Shown: piece by piece, positions 49,257 to 59,801 of the stretch | How positions within the stretch are numbered: the stretch's first letter is position 1 | Layout: every line of letters starts with the position of its first letter | Source: Ignavibacteria bacterium | GTDB lineage: Bacteria > Bacteroidota > Ignavibacteria > Tepidaquicellales > OLB5 | Direction: 5' to 3' | Length of the DNA: 64,000 bases | Assembly (NCBI GenBank): GCA_020852705.1 | Contig: JADZAP010000004.1 | Location: 81,486-145,485, forward strand | Notes under the pieces: generated by a model | Told to the model about the DNA's origin: nothing | What the model saw: the letters and a program-made list of their open reading frames with translations, nothing else | Database searches by the model: none | Position numbers and translations under genes: made by a program

Positions 49257-50435
49257 ATGAAAGAAGCAGTAATAATATCAGGAGCACGTACACCAATCGG
49301 TTCTTTTAACGGCGGTTTAAGCGGATTTTCTGCAACACAGCTTGGTGCAATTGCAGTTAAAGAAGCCATTAGGCGAGCAGAAATTAAACCTGAAGAAATT
49401 GATGAAGTATTAATAGGCAATGTTTTACAGGGCGGCTTGGGACAGGCGCCAGCAAGACAAGCATCAATTGCGGCAGGTATTCCAAATACAGTTTCGGCAA
49501 CAACAATTAATAAAGTTTGCGGATCAGGATTAAAATCGGTAATGTTTGGTCAGCAGGCAATTAAATCAGGTGATGCAGAAATAATAGTTGCCGGTGGAAT
49601 GGAATCAATGACAAATGCTCCATATATACTTAAAAAAGCACGAAATGGCTACAGAATGGGAAACGGAGAAATTTTTGATTTAATGATTCATGACGGTCTT
49701 TGGGATCCATACGGGAATAAGCACATGGGATTGTTAGGTGAGCAATGCGCAGCCGAATATAAGGTAACACGTAAGCAGCAGGACGATTATGCAAAAGGTT
49801 CGTATGAAAAGGCAATTGATGCCATAAAGAACGGATACTTTAAAGAGGCAATTGTACCCGTTGAAATGAAGGATAAAAAAGGAAATGTAAGCTATTTTGA
49901 TACAGATGAAGACCCCGGCAAAGTAAACTTTGAAAAAGCATTAAGTTTAAAACCAGTGTTCGAAAAGGAAGGTACAATTACAGCTTTCAATGCTTCAAAT
50001 ATAAATGATGGTGCAGGAGCAGTAGTAATTATTTCAGAAGAAAGAGCGGCTAAGCATAGTGTAAAGCCAATGGCAAAGATATTAGCACAGGCAACTCATT
50101 CACACGCTCCGGAGTGGTTTACAACTGCACCCGGATATGTAATTGATAAAGTTTGCAAAAAAGCTGGTTTAAAAAAAGATGATATTGACCTGTTTGAAAT
50201 AAATGAAGCGTTTGCAGTTGTAAGCTGTGCAGTTAATCAAATAGCAGGAATTGACCCCGCAAAAGTAAATGTAACAGGAGGAGCAATTGCAATTGGACAT
50301 CCGATTGGTGCATCAGGAGCGAGACTGTTAATTACATTAATGTATAACTTACACAGAATGAACAAACGCTACGGATTGGTTACATTATGCAACGGCGGAG
50401 GCGAAGCTACTGCAATGATAATTGAAAAAATTTGA
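49257..50435 (+). CDS. Acetyl-CoA C-acetyltransferase (thiolase II)
   Basis: 392 aa. The active-site region NKVCGSGLKS, the C-terminal NGGGEA block and the GHPIGASGAR motif. Confidence 0.9.
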   Translation: MKEAVIISGARTPIGSFNGGLSGFSATQLGAIAVKEAIRRAEIKPEEIDEVLIGNVLQGGLGQAPARQASIAAGIPNTVSATTINKVCGSGLKSVMFGQQAIKSGDAEIIVAGGMESMTNAPYILKKARNGYRMGNGEIFDLMIHDGLWDPYGNKHMGLLGEQCAAEYKVTRKQQDDYAKGSYEKAIDAIKNGYFKEAIVPVEMKDKKGNVSYFDTDEDPGKVNFEKALSLKPVFEKEGTITAFNASNINDGAGAVVIISEERAAKHSVKPMAKILAQATHSHAPEWFTTAPGYVIDKVCKKAGLKKDDIDLFEINEAFAVVSCAVNQIAGIDPAKVNVTGGAIAIGHPIGASGARLLITLMYNLHRMNKRYGLVTLCNGGGEATAMIIEKI

Positions 50436-50505
50436 CAAACAAATTTATACAGCAAAACCAGAAGCAGATTAGATATAATATAATTTTTTAAAACTTTCAT
50501 TCACT

Positions 50506-51363
50506 ATGAGCATACAGAATATTTCAGTAATTGGTTCGGGAACAATGGGCAACGGAATAGCCCATGTGTTTGCGCTATACGGTTATAACGTTACATTAAT
50601 TGATATTAAACAGGAGTTCCTTGAAAAGGCAATTAAAACTATAACAGGCAATTTAGAGCGTCAGCTAAAGAAGGAAGCTATAACAAAAGAAAAGATGGAG
50701 CAAGCTTTAGCAAATATAAAAAGCTCGACAGATTTAACTGATGCAAAGAATTCAGACCTAATAATAGAAGCAGCCACAGAGAACTTTGAGATTAAAAAAA
50801 ATATATTTAAAACTCTTGATGATAACTGTAAAGCGGATGCAATTTTAGCAAGTAATACATCCTCAATTTCCATAACAGAAATTGCAGCAATAACCGGCAG
50901 AGCAGATAAAGTGATTGGGATGCACTTTATGAATCCGGTACCGGTGATGAAGCTAATAGAAGTTATCCGCGGGCTTGCAACAAGCAATGACACTTACAAC
51001 AAAATTAAGGAGCTATCTGAAAAGATAGATAAAATTCCCGTTGAAGTAAATGATTACCCGGGATTTGTTTCAAACCGTATATTACTGCCAATGCTAAATG
51101 AGGCAATATACTGCGTAATGGAAGGTGTTGCAGAACCGGAAGCTATTGATAATGTGATGAAGCTTGGCATGGCACATCCGATGGGTCCGCTTACACTTGC
51201 TGATTTTATAGGACTTGATGTTTGCTTATCAATAATGGAAGTGCTTTATAACGGGTTGGGAGATTCAAAATACCGCCCTTGTCCCCTGCTAAAGAAAATG
51301 GTAGCAGCGGGTTATTTAGGCAGAAAGACGGGAAAAGGATTTTACGATTATTCAAAAAAATAA
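50506..51363 (+). CDS. hbd: 3-hydroxybutyryl-CoA dehydrogenase
   Basis: 285 aa. [10 protein letters not shown] Rossmann motif, SNTSS and HFMNPVP motifs. Confidence 0.9.
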   Translation: MSIQNISVIGSGTMGNGIAHVFALYGYNVTLIDIKQEFLEKAIKTITGNLERQLKKEAITKEKMEQALANIKSSTDLTDAKNSDLIIEAATENFEIKKNIFKTLDDNCKADAILASNTSSISITEIAAITGRADKVIGMHFMNPVPVMKLIEVIRGLATSNDTYNKIKELSEKIDKIPVEVNDYPGFVSNRILLPMLNEAIYCVMEGVAEPEAIDNVMKLGMAHPMGPLTLADFIGLDVCLSIMEVLYNGLGDSKYRPCPLLKKMVAAGYLGRKTGKGFYDYSKK

Positions 51364-51386
51364 AAATACAATTAAACAAAAATAAA

Positions 51387-52532
51387 ATGGATTTTAATTT
51401 TACTGAAGAGCAGATAGCAATTAGAGATACAGCAAGAGATTTTGCTCAAAATGAAATAGCACCAAGCCAGATTGAAAGGGATATAAATGCAGAATTTCCT
51501 TTTGAAATAGTTAAAAAACTGGGTGAGTTTGGATTTATGGGAATGATGATACCGCCTGAATGGGGCGGTGCGGGCTTTGATACTGTTAGTTATGTTTTAG
51601 CTATGGAAGAAATTTCCAAGGTTGATGCATCTGTTGGTGTAATAATGTCGGTTAATAATTCACTTGTTTGTTTTGGAATAAATCAATGGGGCACTGACGA
51701 ACAGAAGGAACGTTTCTTAAAGCCGCTTGCCTCTGGGCAAAAACTTGGGTGTTTTTGCCTGAGTGAACCTGAGGCAGGAAGTGATGCTACTCAGCAGAAA
51801 ACAGTAGCAGTTAAAGACGGTGATTATTATATAATGAACGGAATTAAGAACTGGATAACCAACGGAAAGAATGCTGATATATATTTTGTAATGGCTATGA
51901 CTGATAAGGAAAAAGGTCATAAGGGTATTTCAACATTTTTGATTGAAAAAGGTACTGAAGGACTTGAAACAGGTATAAAGGAAGATAAACTTGGAATAAG
52001 GAGCAGTGATACATGCACCGTTAGTTTTAATAACTGCAGAGTGCATAAAGATCAGATGCTTGGAGAAGAAGGCCATGGATTTAATATTGCAATGGAAACA
52101 TTGAACGGAGGAAGAATTGGAATTGCCTCACAGGCACTTGGAATAGCACAGGCATCTTTAGAAGCATCTGTACGTTATGCAAAAACAAGAAAAGCTTTCG
52201 GAAGTCCAATTGCAAATTTACAGGCAATACAGTTTAAGCTGGCAGATATGGCAACAAATGTTGAAGCTGCTAGAAATATAGTATTGGAATCAGCGTGGTT
52301 AAAAGATCAGCACAGGCCATTTTCAAAAGAAGCGGCAATGGGCAAACTGCTTGCAAGCAAAGTTGCGGTAAATAATGCTTTAGAGGCAATACAAATTCAC
52401 GGCGGTTACGGATATGTAAGGGAATATTTGGTAGAGCGTTACCTGCGTGATGCAAAAATCACAGAAATATATGAAGGTACATCAGAGATACAGAAAGTTG
52501 TAATATCCAGAGCAATGCTTAAGGATAAATAA
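51387..52532 (+). CDS. Acyl-CoA (butyryl-CoA-type) dehydrogenase
   Basis: I prefer ATG 51387 (MDFNFTEEQ), because the track start at 51279 overlaps the hbd 3' end. ACAD motifs are present, including the C-terminal YEGTSEIQ. Confidence 0.9.
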   Translation: MDFNFTEEQIAIRDTARDFAQNEIAPSQIERDINAEFPFEIVKKLGEFGFMGMMIPPEWGGAGFDTVSYVLAMEEISKVDASVGVIMSVNNSLVCFGINQWGTDEQKERFLKPLASGQKLGCFCLSEPEAGSDATQQKTVAVKDGDYYIMNGIKNWITNGKNADIYFVMAMTDKEKGHKGISTFLIEKGTEGLETGIKEDKLGIRSSDTCTVSFNNCRVHKDQMLGEEGHGFNIAMETLNGGRIGIASQALGIAQASLEASVRYAKTRKAFGSPIANLQAIQFKLADMATNVEAARNIVLESAWLKDQHRPFSKEAAMGKLLASKVAVNNALEAIQIHGGYGYVREYLVERYLRDAKITEIYEGTSEIQKVVISRAMLKDK

Positions 52533-52545
52533 TAATATTTTTAAA

Positions 52546-52578
52546 ATAAAAAAGGGAGCATAAATGCTCCCTTTTTTA
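52546..52578. terminator. Bidirectional Rho-independent terminator between the acyl-CoA dehydrogenase gene and the convergent OMP gene
   Basis: gggagca-taaa-tgctccc hairpin flanked by an A8 run upstream and a T6 run downstream. Confidence 0.65.
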
Positions 52579-52596
52579 TTTACCGCTTAAAATTAT

Positions 52597-53463
52597 TTAA
52601 AGACTAAAATAGAACCTTAAAGTTATATCAACACTGTTCATATCTTTGGCAAATCTGGTTGCAAAAGGTCCTTTTGTTATATCCTGTTTTAAAGGAACAA
52701 AATTGTAGCTAACCTCTCCCCCAAATCCAAACTGACCCCCTGTACCGGTAAATCCCGCCATTGCCTTAAAAATAGGAGCCCATTGGCTAGTTGTCATGCC
52801 TGAAATATATTCACCATTGCCGTAGTATGAGTTATTACTGTACGGGTTATCATTAAAATTCACATCATTCTCTTCCCTAATCCAAGAAAAACCGGCACCG
52901 CCTCCTATAAAGAATAATCTGGCAAAATCTGTTCTTTTAAACATTGGAAAAAACCTGACATTAATTACAATTGGCAAAGCTATTAAACCATTAGTAAAAG
53001 TATGCCCGTATAAATAATTATTAGAGCCCGTATTATATCTATTTGGGAAATGATAATTAACCTGACGGTTATTATTTGTGAACAAAATAGAAGGAGAAAT
53101 TTCAAGAGTAACAGCTTTTGCAATTGCAAAACCAAAGAAGAGATTAATATTGGTTAAAAAACTGCCATTACGAGTATCAAGTATAGGAAAAGCACTGCTA
53201 AGGAAACTGTTGGTAAAAATCATAAAAGAGTAACCTGCTCCAAAGTAAGATGTTACGGTTTTTCTTTTTTTAAGCTGAAAATTTTTCTTAAAATCGGTTT
53301 TTTCATCAGCATTAAAATTATTCTGAAGGATGACCGGATTTTTAAGTGAGAAGCGGTTTTCTTTCAGTTTAAATCCTGCTGAGTTTTGCGAATAAATACC
53401 GGCAGTAAAAATTATTACTGCCATAAAAACTGAAAAAGAAATTTTCATATAGAACTCCTGCAT
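52597..53463 (-). CDS. Putative outer-membrane beta-barrel protein
   Basis: 288 aa with a signal peptide. Alternating aromatic/glycine-rich strands and a C-terminal aromatic-rich end (LRFYFSL). The start may be the internal Met at 53448. Confidence 0.5.
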   Translation of the reverse strand: MQEFYMKISFSVFMAVIIFTAGIYSQNSAGFKLKENRFSLKNPVILQNNFNADEKTDFKKNFQLKKRKTVTSYFGAGYSFMIFTNSFLSSAFPILDTRNGSFLTNINLFFGFAIAKAVTLEISPSILFTNNNRQVNYHFPNRYNTGSNNYLYGHTFTNGLIALPIVINVRFFPMFKRTDFARLFFIGGGAGFSWIREENDVNFNDNPYSNNSYYGNGEYISGMTTSQWAPIFKAMAGFTGTGGQFGFGGEVSYNFVPLKQDITKGPFATRFAKDMNSVDITLRFYFSL

Positions 53464-53515
53464 TAAATGTAAAAAATCATTTTACAAAGATAATAATTTT
53501 TTTAAAAAATCATAA

Positions 53516-55030
53516 TTAAAGAATATATCTGCTTAAATCTCTGTTTTTAACAATATCTTTAAGTTTTTCGTTAACAAGCTCTCTGTTAACAACAATTTTT
53601 TTAACAGAAATCTTATCAGGTGTATTAAACAAGATATCCTCAAGCAGAGTTGAAAGTATAGTATGGAGTCTTCTGGCTCCGATATTTTCGACCTGTTCGT
53701 TAACTTCGGCAGCAATTTTTGCAACTTCCATAATACCTTCTTCTTCGAAAATCAGTTCAACACCTTCAGATTTTAATAAAGCTTCATACTGTTTAAGCAG
53801 AGCATTTTGGGGCTGTGTTAATATTTTAACAAAATCTTCTTCGGAAAGACTGTTAAGCTCAACTCTAATAGGAAATCTGCCCTGCAGTTCAGGAATTAGA
53901 TCACTTGGTTTGGAAACATGGAAAGCACCGGAAGCAACAAAAAGTACATGATCCGTTTTAACGGGTCCATATTTTGTAGTAACGGTAGAGCCTTCAACAA
54001 TAGGCAGAAGGTCTCTTTGAACACCTTCGCGTGATACATCCGGACCCTGTCCTTTACCCTGTGAACCACCAGCAATTTTATCTATTTCATCAATGAATAC
54101 AATCCCGAACTCCTGCACTCTTTCAACAGCTTCTTTAATTACGGAATCCATATCAATAAGCTTATGAGCTTCTTCCTGAACAAGAACAACACGTGCTTCG
54201 CGGACAGACATTTTGCGTTTTTTCATTTTTTTAGGCATCACACTGCTGAAAAGATCCTGCAGATTCACACCTAGGTCATCCATACCGATTGGACCCATAA
54301 CCTGCATCATAGGCATTGAGTCACTGCTAATATCAATTTCAACTATTCTTTCATCAAGCTCACCTTTTTGGAGCATATCGCGGAATTTTTCACGGGTTTT
54401 GAAGTTTTCTTCTTTATCACCTTCGGAAGAAGACTGCGGATTAGTAAAACCAAGCGTAGCTTGCGCAGCATTTGTATCCTCATGTTTCTTTTTAACAGGT
54501 GGGATTAAAATATCAAGCAATTTTTCTTCAGCAAGATATTCGGCTTTTTTCTGTACGGCAATACTTTTTTCTGATTTAACCATGTTAACACCAAGGTCAG
54601 TTAATTCGCGCACAATTGACTCTACATCTCTGCCAACATAACCTACTTCAGTGAATTTAGATGCTTCTACTTTAATAAACGGAGCATTTGAAAGTTTAGC
54701 AAGTCTTCTTGCAATTTCGGTTTTGCCAACACCGGTCGGTCCGATAAGAATAATATTATTAGGCATAATTTCTTCACGCAGGCTGTCTTCAATCTTTTTT
54801 CTTCTCCAGCGGTTCCTGAGAGCAATTGCCACAGATTTTTTAGCATTATTCTGTCCTATGATATATTTATCAAGCTCGCCAACTATTTGCGAAGGAGTTA
54901 ACTCCTTTTCAAGAGATTTTTCATTATCTTTCAAGTCTTTTTTAGCTTTAAGTTTCTTTTCATTTTTAGCAGCAGCTTTACCGTTTCCGTTTTCAGTTGT
55001 TAAAATTTTTTCTTCTGTTTTTTCTGTCAT
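53516..55030 (-). CDS. hslU: ATP-dependent protease ATPase subunit HslU with ~44-aa K/E-rich N-terminal extension
   Basis: 504 aa. [17 protein letters not shown], Walker [16 protein letters not shown], Walker B FIDEIDK. Confidence 0.9.
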   Translation of the reverse strand: MTEKTEEKILTTENGNGKAAAKNEKKLKAKKDLKDNEKSLEKELTPSQIVGELDKYIIGQNNAKKSVAIALRNRWRRKKIEDSLREEIMPNNIILIGPTGVGKTEIARRLAKLSNAPFIKVEASKFTEVGYVGRDVESIVRELTDLGVNMVKSEKSIAVQKKAEYLAEEKLLDILIPPVKKKHEDTNAAQATLGFTNPQSSSEGDKEENFKTREKFRDMLQKGELDERIVEIDISSDSMPMMQVMGPIGMDDLGVNLQDLFSSVMPKKMKKRKMSVREARVVLVQEEAHKLIDMDSVIKEAVERVQEFGIVFIDEIDKIAGGSQGKGQGPDVSREGVQRDLLPIVEGSTVTTKYGPVKTDHVLFVASGAFHVSKPSDLIPELQGRFPIRVELNSLSEEDFVKILTQPQNALLKQYEALLKSEGVELIFEEEGIMEVAKIAAEVNEQVENIGARRLHTILSTLLEDILFNTPDKISVKKIVVNRELVNEKLKDIVKNRDLSRYIL

Positions 55031-55082
55031 TTGTTTATGTATAGTTTCTTAAAATCAGCAAAGGTGATTAATAAAAATTAAA

Positions 55083-55640
55083 TTATAATTCTTCAATTGT
55101 AATACTGTGATTAGTGTAAATACAAATATCAGCTGCAGTATTAAGTGATTCTTTAACAATTTCAGCAGCAGAAAGGGTGCTGTATTTTAAAAGCATTCGT
55201 GCAGCGGCAGTAGCAAAACTGCCGCCTGAGCCAATTGCAACAATACCGTCATCGGGCTCAATTACATCACCGTTTCCGGAAATTATAAAAGCATCTTTGC
55301 TATCCATAACAGCAAGCAAAGCTTCTAATCTCCTAAGATATCTATCAGTACGCCAATCTTTGGCAAGCTCAACAGCGGCACGCGGCAGGTTGCCTTTGTA
55401 TTGCTCAAGTTTAGCTTCAAATTTTTCAAACAGAGTTAAAGCATCGGCAGTTGAGCCGGCAAAACCTGCAATAATTTTGCCGTTATAAATCTTCCGTACT
55501 TTTTTTGTATTATGCTTTAAAACTGTGTTAGAAACAGTAACCTGTCCATCACTTCCCATGGCAGCTTTACCATCTTTAATTAAGCCAACAACAGTAGTAC
55601 TTTTAATTTTGTTATTAATGATTTCTCTTTGATTTCTCAA
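55083..55640 (-). CDS. hslV: ATP-dependent protease subunit HslV
   Basis: 185 aa with a TTG start. TTVVGL catalytic-Thr motif and a GSGG block. 14 codons precede the Thr-Thr. Confidence 0.9.
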   Translation of the reverse strand: MRNQREIINNKIKSTTVVGLIKDGKAAMGSDGQVTVSNTVLKHNTKKVRKIYNGKIIAGFAGSTADALTLFEKFEAKLEQYKGNLPRAAVELAKDWRTDRYLRRLEALLAVMDSKDAFIISGNGDVIEPDDGIVAIGSGGSFATAAARMLLKYSTLSAAEIVKESLNTAADICIYTNHSITIEEL

Positions 55641-55717
55641 TAATTTGTGAAATTTATTTGTGTAAAAATTAAAACTATAATTTAGGATTGAAAATTCCCA
55701 TAACTTACAAATATTTG

Positions 55718-57127
55718 TTAATTTATTAACTTGTTCAATGTTAATTTTCTTCGCAAAATAGCTTTAGGAATTTTCATATTTTCCCTGTATTTGGCAACAG
55801 TTCTGCGGGCTATATTAAATCCTGTTTTGTTCATCAACTCCGTAATTTTATCATCGCTTAAGGGTTTAGCTTTATCTTCAGAATCAATGAGTGATTTTAT
55901 TTTTTCCATAAATATTTTATTAGAAACATCTTCCCCACCGGATTTTTTCATAGCGGATGAGAAGAAATATTTAAGTTCATAAATGCCAAAATCTGTTTGC
56001 ACATATTTACCTCTAACAACCCTGCTAACTGAAGAAATATCCATGCCGGTTTCATTAGCGATTTCTTTTTCAAGCAAGGGTTTCAAATTATCACCGTGAG
56101 AAAGGAAGAATTCTTCCTGATGATTGACAATTGCTTTCATTATTTTAAGCATCGTGCTGCTTCTGGATGAAACAGCAGATATAAATGAACGAGCTGATTC
56201 AATTTTATTTTTTAAAAATTCACGGGTATCTTTTTTGGTTGATTTATCTTTTAGCATATCAAGGTACCTTTTGCTAATTTTTATACCGGGTGAAGAGCTT
56301 CCCAAAAGTTCAACAATCAGTTTCCCTTCTGATTGTTTAACAATAAAATCAGGAAGGATAATATCAGCAGATTTACCTGTTTTACCCGGAGCGGGATTAA
56401 GTTTTTGAATTATTTCAAATAATTCATTAATTTTTTGAAGCGGAACATTAAGAAGCGAAGCAAGTTTTTCGTAATGTTTTAATTTAAATTCCTCAAAATA
56501 ATCATTAATCATTTTTTTGCATAACAGCGCATCATCACTATCAAAACCATTATTTGCATCGTTTAATTGAATTGTAAGGCACTCCTGCAAATTTCGGGCA
56601 GCAATGCCAACAGGATCAAGGTTCTGCACAATATTTAAAACGTGTTCCATTTTTTTTATATCGGGAGTAAAATTAAATTTTTCAGCAATAATAGCTGCAA
56701 TTTCCTCAAGAGAAATCCTTAAGTAACCGTCATCTTCAAGGTTACCAAGAATTTCTTCTGCTATTTGCAGTTCATCAGGTTCAAGTCCCATTTTATAAAT
56801 CTGCTCAAGCGGTGTTTCTGAAGACTTATCAAGTTTGTTTATAAGGTAGTCAGTGCGTTCTTCATCGGTCCCCTGAAAGTTTGAAATATAATTAGAGCGA
56901 AGCGGGTAATCATTCCAGTTATTTATATCTATGGAGTTATCAGAATCAATTGCAGATGAATTTTCTATATTTACATCATTATCTTCTTCAAGAACAATGT
57001 TTTCTTCAAGCTGCTTTTTTATTTCCTGCTCTAATGCAATAGCAGGAACAGCAAGCAGTAATTGTGCCTGAATTGCCTGAGGGGAAAGCTTTTGCTGTAT
57101 GGCCTGTTTAAATGAATTTTTAAGCAT
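55718..57127 (-). CDS. rpoN: RNA polymerase sigma-54 factor
   Basis: 469 aa. Gln/Leu-rich region I and the C-terminal RpoN box ARRTVAKYR. Confidence 0.9.
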   Translation of the reverse strand: MLKNSFKQAIQQKLSPQAIQAQLLLAVPAIALEQEIKKQLEENIVLEEDNDVNIENSSAIDSDNSIDINNWNDYPLRSNYISNFQGTDEERTDYLINKLDKSSETPLEQIYKMGLEPDELQIAEEILGNLEDDGYLRISLEEIAAIIAEKFNFTPDIKKMEHVLNIVQNLDPVGIAARNLQECLTIQLNDANNGFDSDDALLCKKMINDYFEEFKLKHYEKLASLLNVPLQKINELFEIIQKLNPAPGKTGKSADIILPDFIVKQSEGKLIVELLGSSSPGIKISKRYLDMLKDKSTKKDTREFLKNKIESARSFISAVSSRSSTMLKIMKAIVNHQEEFFLSHGDNLKPLLEKEIANETGMDISSVSRVVRGKYVQTDFGIYELKYFFSSAMKKSGGEDVSNKIFMEKIKSLIDSEDKAKPLSDDKITELMNKTGFNIARRTVAKYRENMKIPKAILRRKLTLNKLIN

Positions 57128-57173
57128 TAAAACAAATTAGAAAATATTTTATTTTTAAGAATTAATATTAAAG

Positions 57174-58325
57174 CTAAGATAATTTGAATCTTTTACCCGG
57201 CAGCTGTTCAACAATTCCTTTGAATTCAAGATTCAGCAATGTTACCAAACAATCTGAAATATTCAATCCCGATTTTTCTGAAATAACATCAATGTGAATT
57301 GGCTCAATAGTCATTAAAAAAGTGTCATAGACAAGTTTTTCACCTGAATTCAAATCTGGAACAACTGTATTTACCGGTTTTAAAGAATTATTAAGGTTTA
57401 AACTGATACCTATTAGATTGTTATGAATTTCCATCAAAATATCATCCAGATTTTCGACTAACTTAGCATGCCCGTTTTTTATTAATGCATTAGTACCATT
57501 GCTAAGCCGGCTGGTTATATAACCGGGAACAGCAAACACTTCCCTCCCCTGATCAAGTGCAGTTCTGGCAGTAATTAGGGCACCGCCCTCAGAATCACTT
57601 TCAATAACAACTGTTCCAAGAGAAATACCGCTGATAATTCTGTTGCGTTTAGGAAAATTGGCAGCATCAGGAAAAGCAGAAAGCTCAAACTCGGAAAGCA
57701 GCAAACCCTTTAGCAGCATATCTTCATAAAGAATTTTGTTTTCGGGCGGATAAATTATATCAACACCGCATTCAAAAACTGCAGCTGTTACTGCTGAGGA
57801 GTTAATATTGTTTAAAACTGCTTTATGAGCAGCAGTATCAACACCTCGGGCAAAACCACTGATTACTGAAATTCCCACAGAAGAAAGTTCATTTGCAAAT
57901 TTTTCAGCAATTTTTTTCCCATAATCAGTTGGTTTTCGGGTGCCAACAATTCCAATTGAGTTTTCAAGTAGTTTTTTATCATAATTACCCCTTGTATAAA
58001 GTATTACCGGGGGATCATATATTTTTTTTAAAAGATCGGGATATTCGTCACTATCAAGTGTTATAATTTTTACATCAAGTTTTTTGGCTTTATCAAGGTA
58101 TTTATTAAAATCATCATCAAACGCATTAAAACCGGAATTATAAGAATTAATAATTTGCTTAGCAATCTTTATGCTAAAGTTATCAATTTCAGCAATTTCA
58201 TTTTCATGCTGTGCAAAAACACTTTCGGCAGAACCAAACTTTTCAATAAGCCGTTTAACTCTAACAGCACCAAGTCCATTTAAACGTGAGAGGAATAATA
58301 AATGTTTTAAACTATTTACCTGCAA
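57174..58325 (-). CDS. dprA: DNA-processing protein DprA
   Basis: 383 aa. The N-terminal SAM-like region, a Rossmann-like core GTRKPT...SGFARGVDTAAH and a C-terminal winged-helix-like tail. Confidence 0.85.
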   Translation of the reverse strand: MQVNSLKHLLFLSRLNGLGAVRVKRLIEKFGSAESVFAQHENEIAEIDNFSIKIAKQIINSYNSGFNAFDDDFNKYLDKAKKLDVKIITLDSDEYPDLLKKIYDPPVILYTRGNYDKKLLENSIGIVGTRKPTDYGKKIAEKFANELSSVGISVISGFARGVDTAAHKAVLNNINSSAVTAAVFECGVDIIYPPENKILYEDMLLKGLLLSEFELSAFPDAANFPKRNRIISGISLGTVVIESDSEGGALITARTALDQGREVFAVPGYITSRLSNGTNALIKNGHAKLVENLDDILMEIHNNLIGISLNLNNSLKPVNTVVPDLNSGEKLVYDTFLMTIEPIHIDVISEKSGLNISDCLVTLLNLEFKGIVEQLPGKRFKLS

Positions 58326-58354
58326 AAAAAATAAATGATAAAATTAAAAATGGA

Positions 58355-59440
58355 TTATCTTCTCATTTTGGGATCAAATGCATCACGCAAACCATCGCCA
58401 ATAAGATTAACAGCAAAAACAGTGAGCATAATTGCAATAGAAGGATACAATGCCAAACCGTAGTTTGTACCGGCAACAATATATTTGTAGCCATCAAAAA
58501 CCATTTGCCCCCAGCTTGCAGTTGGGGGCTGAACGCCTAGACCGAGAAAACTTAAACTTGCTTCAAAAATAATTGAAGTTGCAAGACCGGCAGTACCGGT
58601 AACTATTATTGGACCAATAGTATTTGGTAAAATATGCCTGAAAATTATTCTGGTTGACCTGTAACCAAGTGCCCGTGTTGCTTCAACATATTCAGTTTCA
58701 CGCAGAGAAAAGAATTGCCCTCTAACAATTCTGGCAATTTCAACCCAACCTGTTAAACCAATAGCAACAAAAGACTGCCAGAATCCTTTACCAAGTACAA
58801 CAGAAAGAGCAATGATGAATAAAATTGAAGGGAAAGACCAAATAACATTAATAAACCACATAATAACAGCATCAGTTTTACCTCTGTAATAACCTGCAAA
58901 AGCTCCTAGAATTACACCGATAAAAATTGCAATACTTTCTGAAATTACACCTACGGAAAGACTTATCCGGCTGCCATAGATTAGTCTGCTTAAAATATCT
59001 CTGCCGTATCTATCAGTACCAAGAAGGTAATGCGGTTCAATATGCCAATTGGATTCATCAGCATCAATAAGCTCTTTTTTTGGAATTGATTTGTTTGAGC
59101 CGCTGTAATTAACGAAAAAAACTGAATCTTGTGTAGTTTTGATTATCCTTTTAACCGGTATAAAATCAGTTCCATCAAGTGCCTTTTTGACAATTACATT
59201 ACCTGCAAAACCGGAGGGTTTTGTAGCATATTCCAAAGTTTGATCATCAGGGTCAAAAGGAGCAAGCAGAGGAGCGGATAGTGCAATAAAAATTAATAGA
59301 ATAAGAGTAAATAAACCAGCCATAGCAAGTTTATTACGTTTAAATCTTATCCAGGAATAATACCAAAGACTACGTGAAGCTTTTTGTTTTTCGGCTTCAG
59401 TAAAGCGGTCTTTATCTTTAAAAAAATCATTTTCCTGCAT
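58355..59440 (-). CDS. ABC transporter permease, OppC/DppC family
   Basis: 361 aa. N-terminal OppC_N-like TM, and the EAA-loop region EYVEATRALGYRSTRIIFRHILPN. Confidence 0.85.
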   Translation of the reverse strand: MQENDFFKDKDRFTEAEKQKASRSLWYYSWIRFKRNKLAMAGLFTLILLIFIALSAPLLAPFDPDDQTLEYATKPSGFAGNVIVKKALDGTDFIPVKRIIKTTQDSVFFVNYSGSNKSIPKKELIDADESNWHIEPHYLLGTDRYGRDILSRLIYGSRISLSVGVISESIAIFIGVILGAFAGYYRGKTDAVIMWFINVIWSFPSILFIIALSVVLGKGFWQSFVAIGLTGWVEIARIVRGQFFSLRETEYVEATRALGYRSTRIIFRHILPNTIGPIIVTGTAGLATSIIFEASLSFLGLGVQPPTASWGQMVFDGYKYIVAGTNYGLALYPSIAIMLTVFAVNLIGDGLRDAFDPKMRR

Positions 59441-59557
59441 AATTTTGCTAAATATACCGAAAAATCATAAGATTATCAAAACCAATTGATAAAGACAAAT
59501 CAATTTGAATAAAACAATAAAAATTACAAATTATTGAAATTTTTTTTGAATAAGAGG

Positions 59558-59566
59558 TGTTACATA
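59558..59566 (+). promoter_or_regulatory. Possible extended -10 promoter element (TGtTACATA) for the candidate sRNA
   Basis: TG at 59558-59559 and TACATA at 59561-59566 place a predicted start ~6-7 nt downstream, at the first base of the closing stem. No convincing -35 at canonical spacing. Confidence 0.3.
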
Positions 59567-59571
59567 TAACA

Positions 59572-59718
59572 GGCAGGCTGCGGGATAGTATCATAAAAGA
59601 AACAAAATAGCTGCTCACCTAAACTGCCTCCTGGTGAGGGCAAGTGAAATCGCAGGACTCGCTGATTTCCTCCTGTATTGTTTTCTCCTTTAGAACCCGC
59701 AGTTTGCCGATTTTTTTT
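59572..59718 (+). ncRNA. Candidate structured small RNA (unassigned family)
   Basis: GGCAGGCUGCGGG (59572-59584) pairs over 13 bp with CCCGCAGUUUGCC (59696-59708), followed by GA and U8. An imperfect inner helix AGAAACAAAAUAG pairs with CUGUAUUGUUUUCU. There are two hairpins: CUCACC/GGUGAG at 59614-59638 and AAAUCGC/GCuGAUUU at 59647-59668. A second terminator lies just downstream. No co-oriented ORF follows. Confidence 0.4.
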
Positions 59719-59724
59719 CATGCT

Positions 59725-59758
59725 AAACCCGAAAGATATAACTATCTTTCGGGTTTTT
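59725..59758 (+). terminator. Strong Rho-independent terminator
   Basis: 14-bp perfect stem aaacccgaaagata/tatctttcgggttt with a 4-nt loop, followed by a T-run on the plus strand only. Confidence 0.75.
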
Positions 59759-59801
59759 ATATTTATAATAACAAAAATAGAATTTGATAGTGAAAAAATG
59801 T

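Noticed and set aside
51279-51386. Upstream extension of the acyl-CoA dehydrogenase ORF. Similar extensions occur at 8929-8964, 2546-2593 and 40976-41074.
   Set aside because: The extensions overlap the preceding gene or lack sensible N-termini. The internal ATGs give canonical N-termini or signal peptides.
49257-52532. The thiolase-hbd-acd block as an unusual or incomplete butyrate pathway (no crotonase or etfAB in the window).
   Set aside because: The missing genes may simply lie elsewhere. This is ordinary metabolic gene content and not anomalous on this evidence.
59572-59718. Assignment of the structured RNA to SRP (4.5S) RNA, 6S RNA or a riboswitch controlling the permease gene.
   Set aside because: No GNRA-capped helix-8-like motif is present on either strand. 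The branched two-hairpin interior is unlike the single extended 6S hairpin. On the minus strand (permease sense) the structure is not followed by a U-tract and sits ~130 nt from the start codon. The identity is left unassigned rather than forced.
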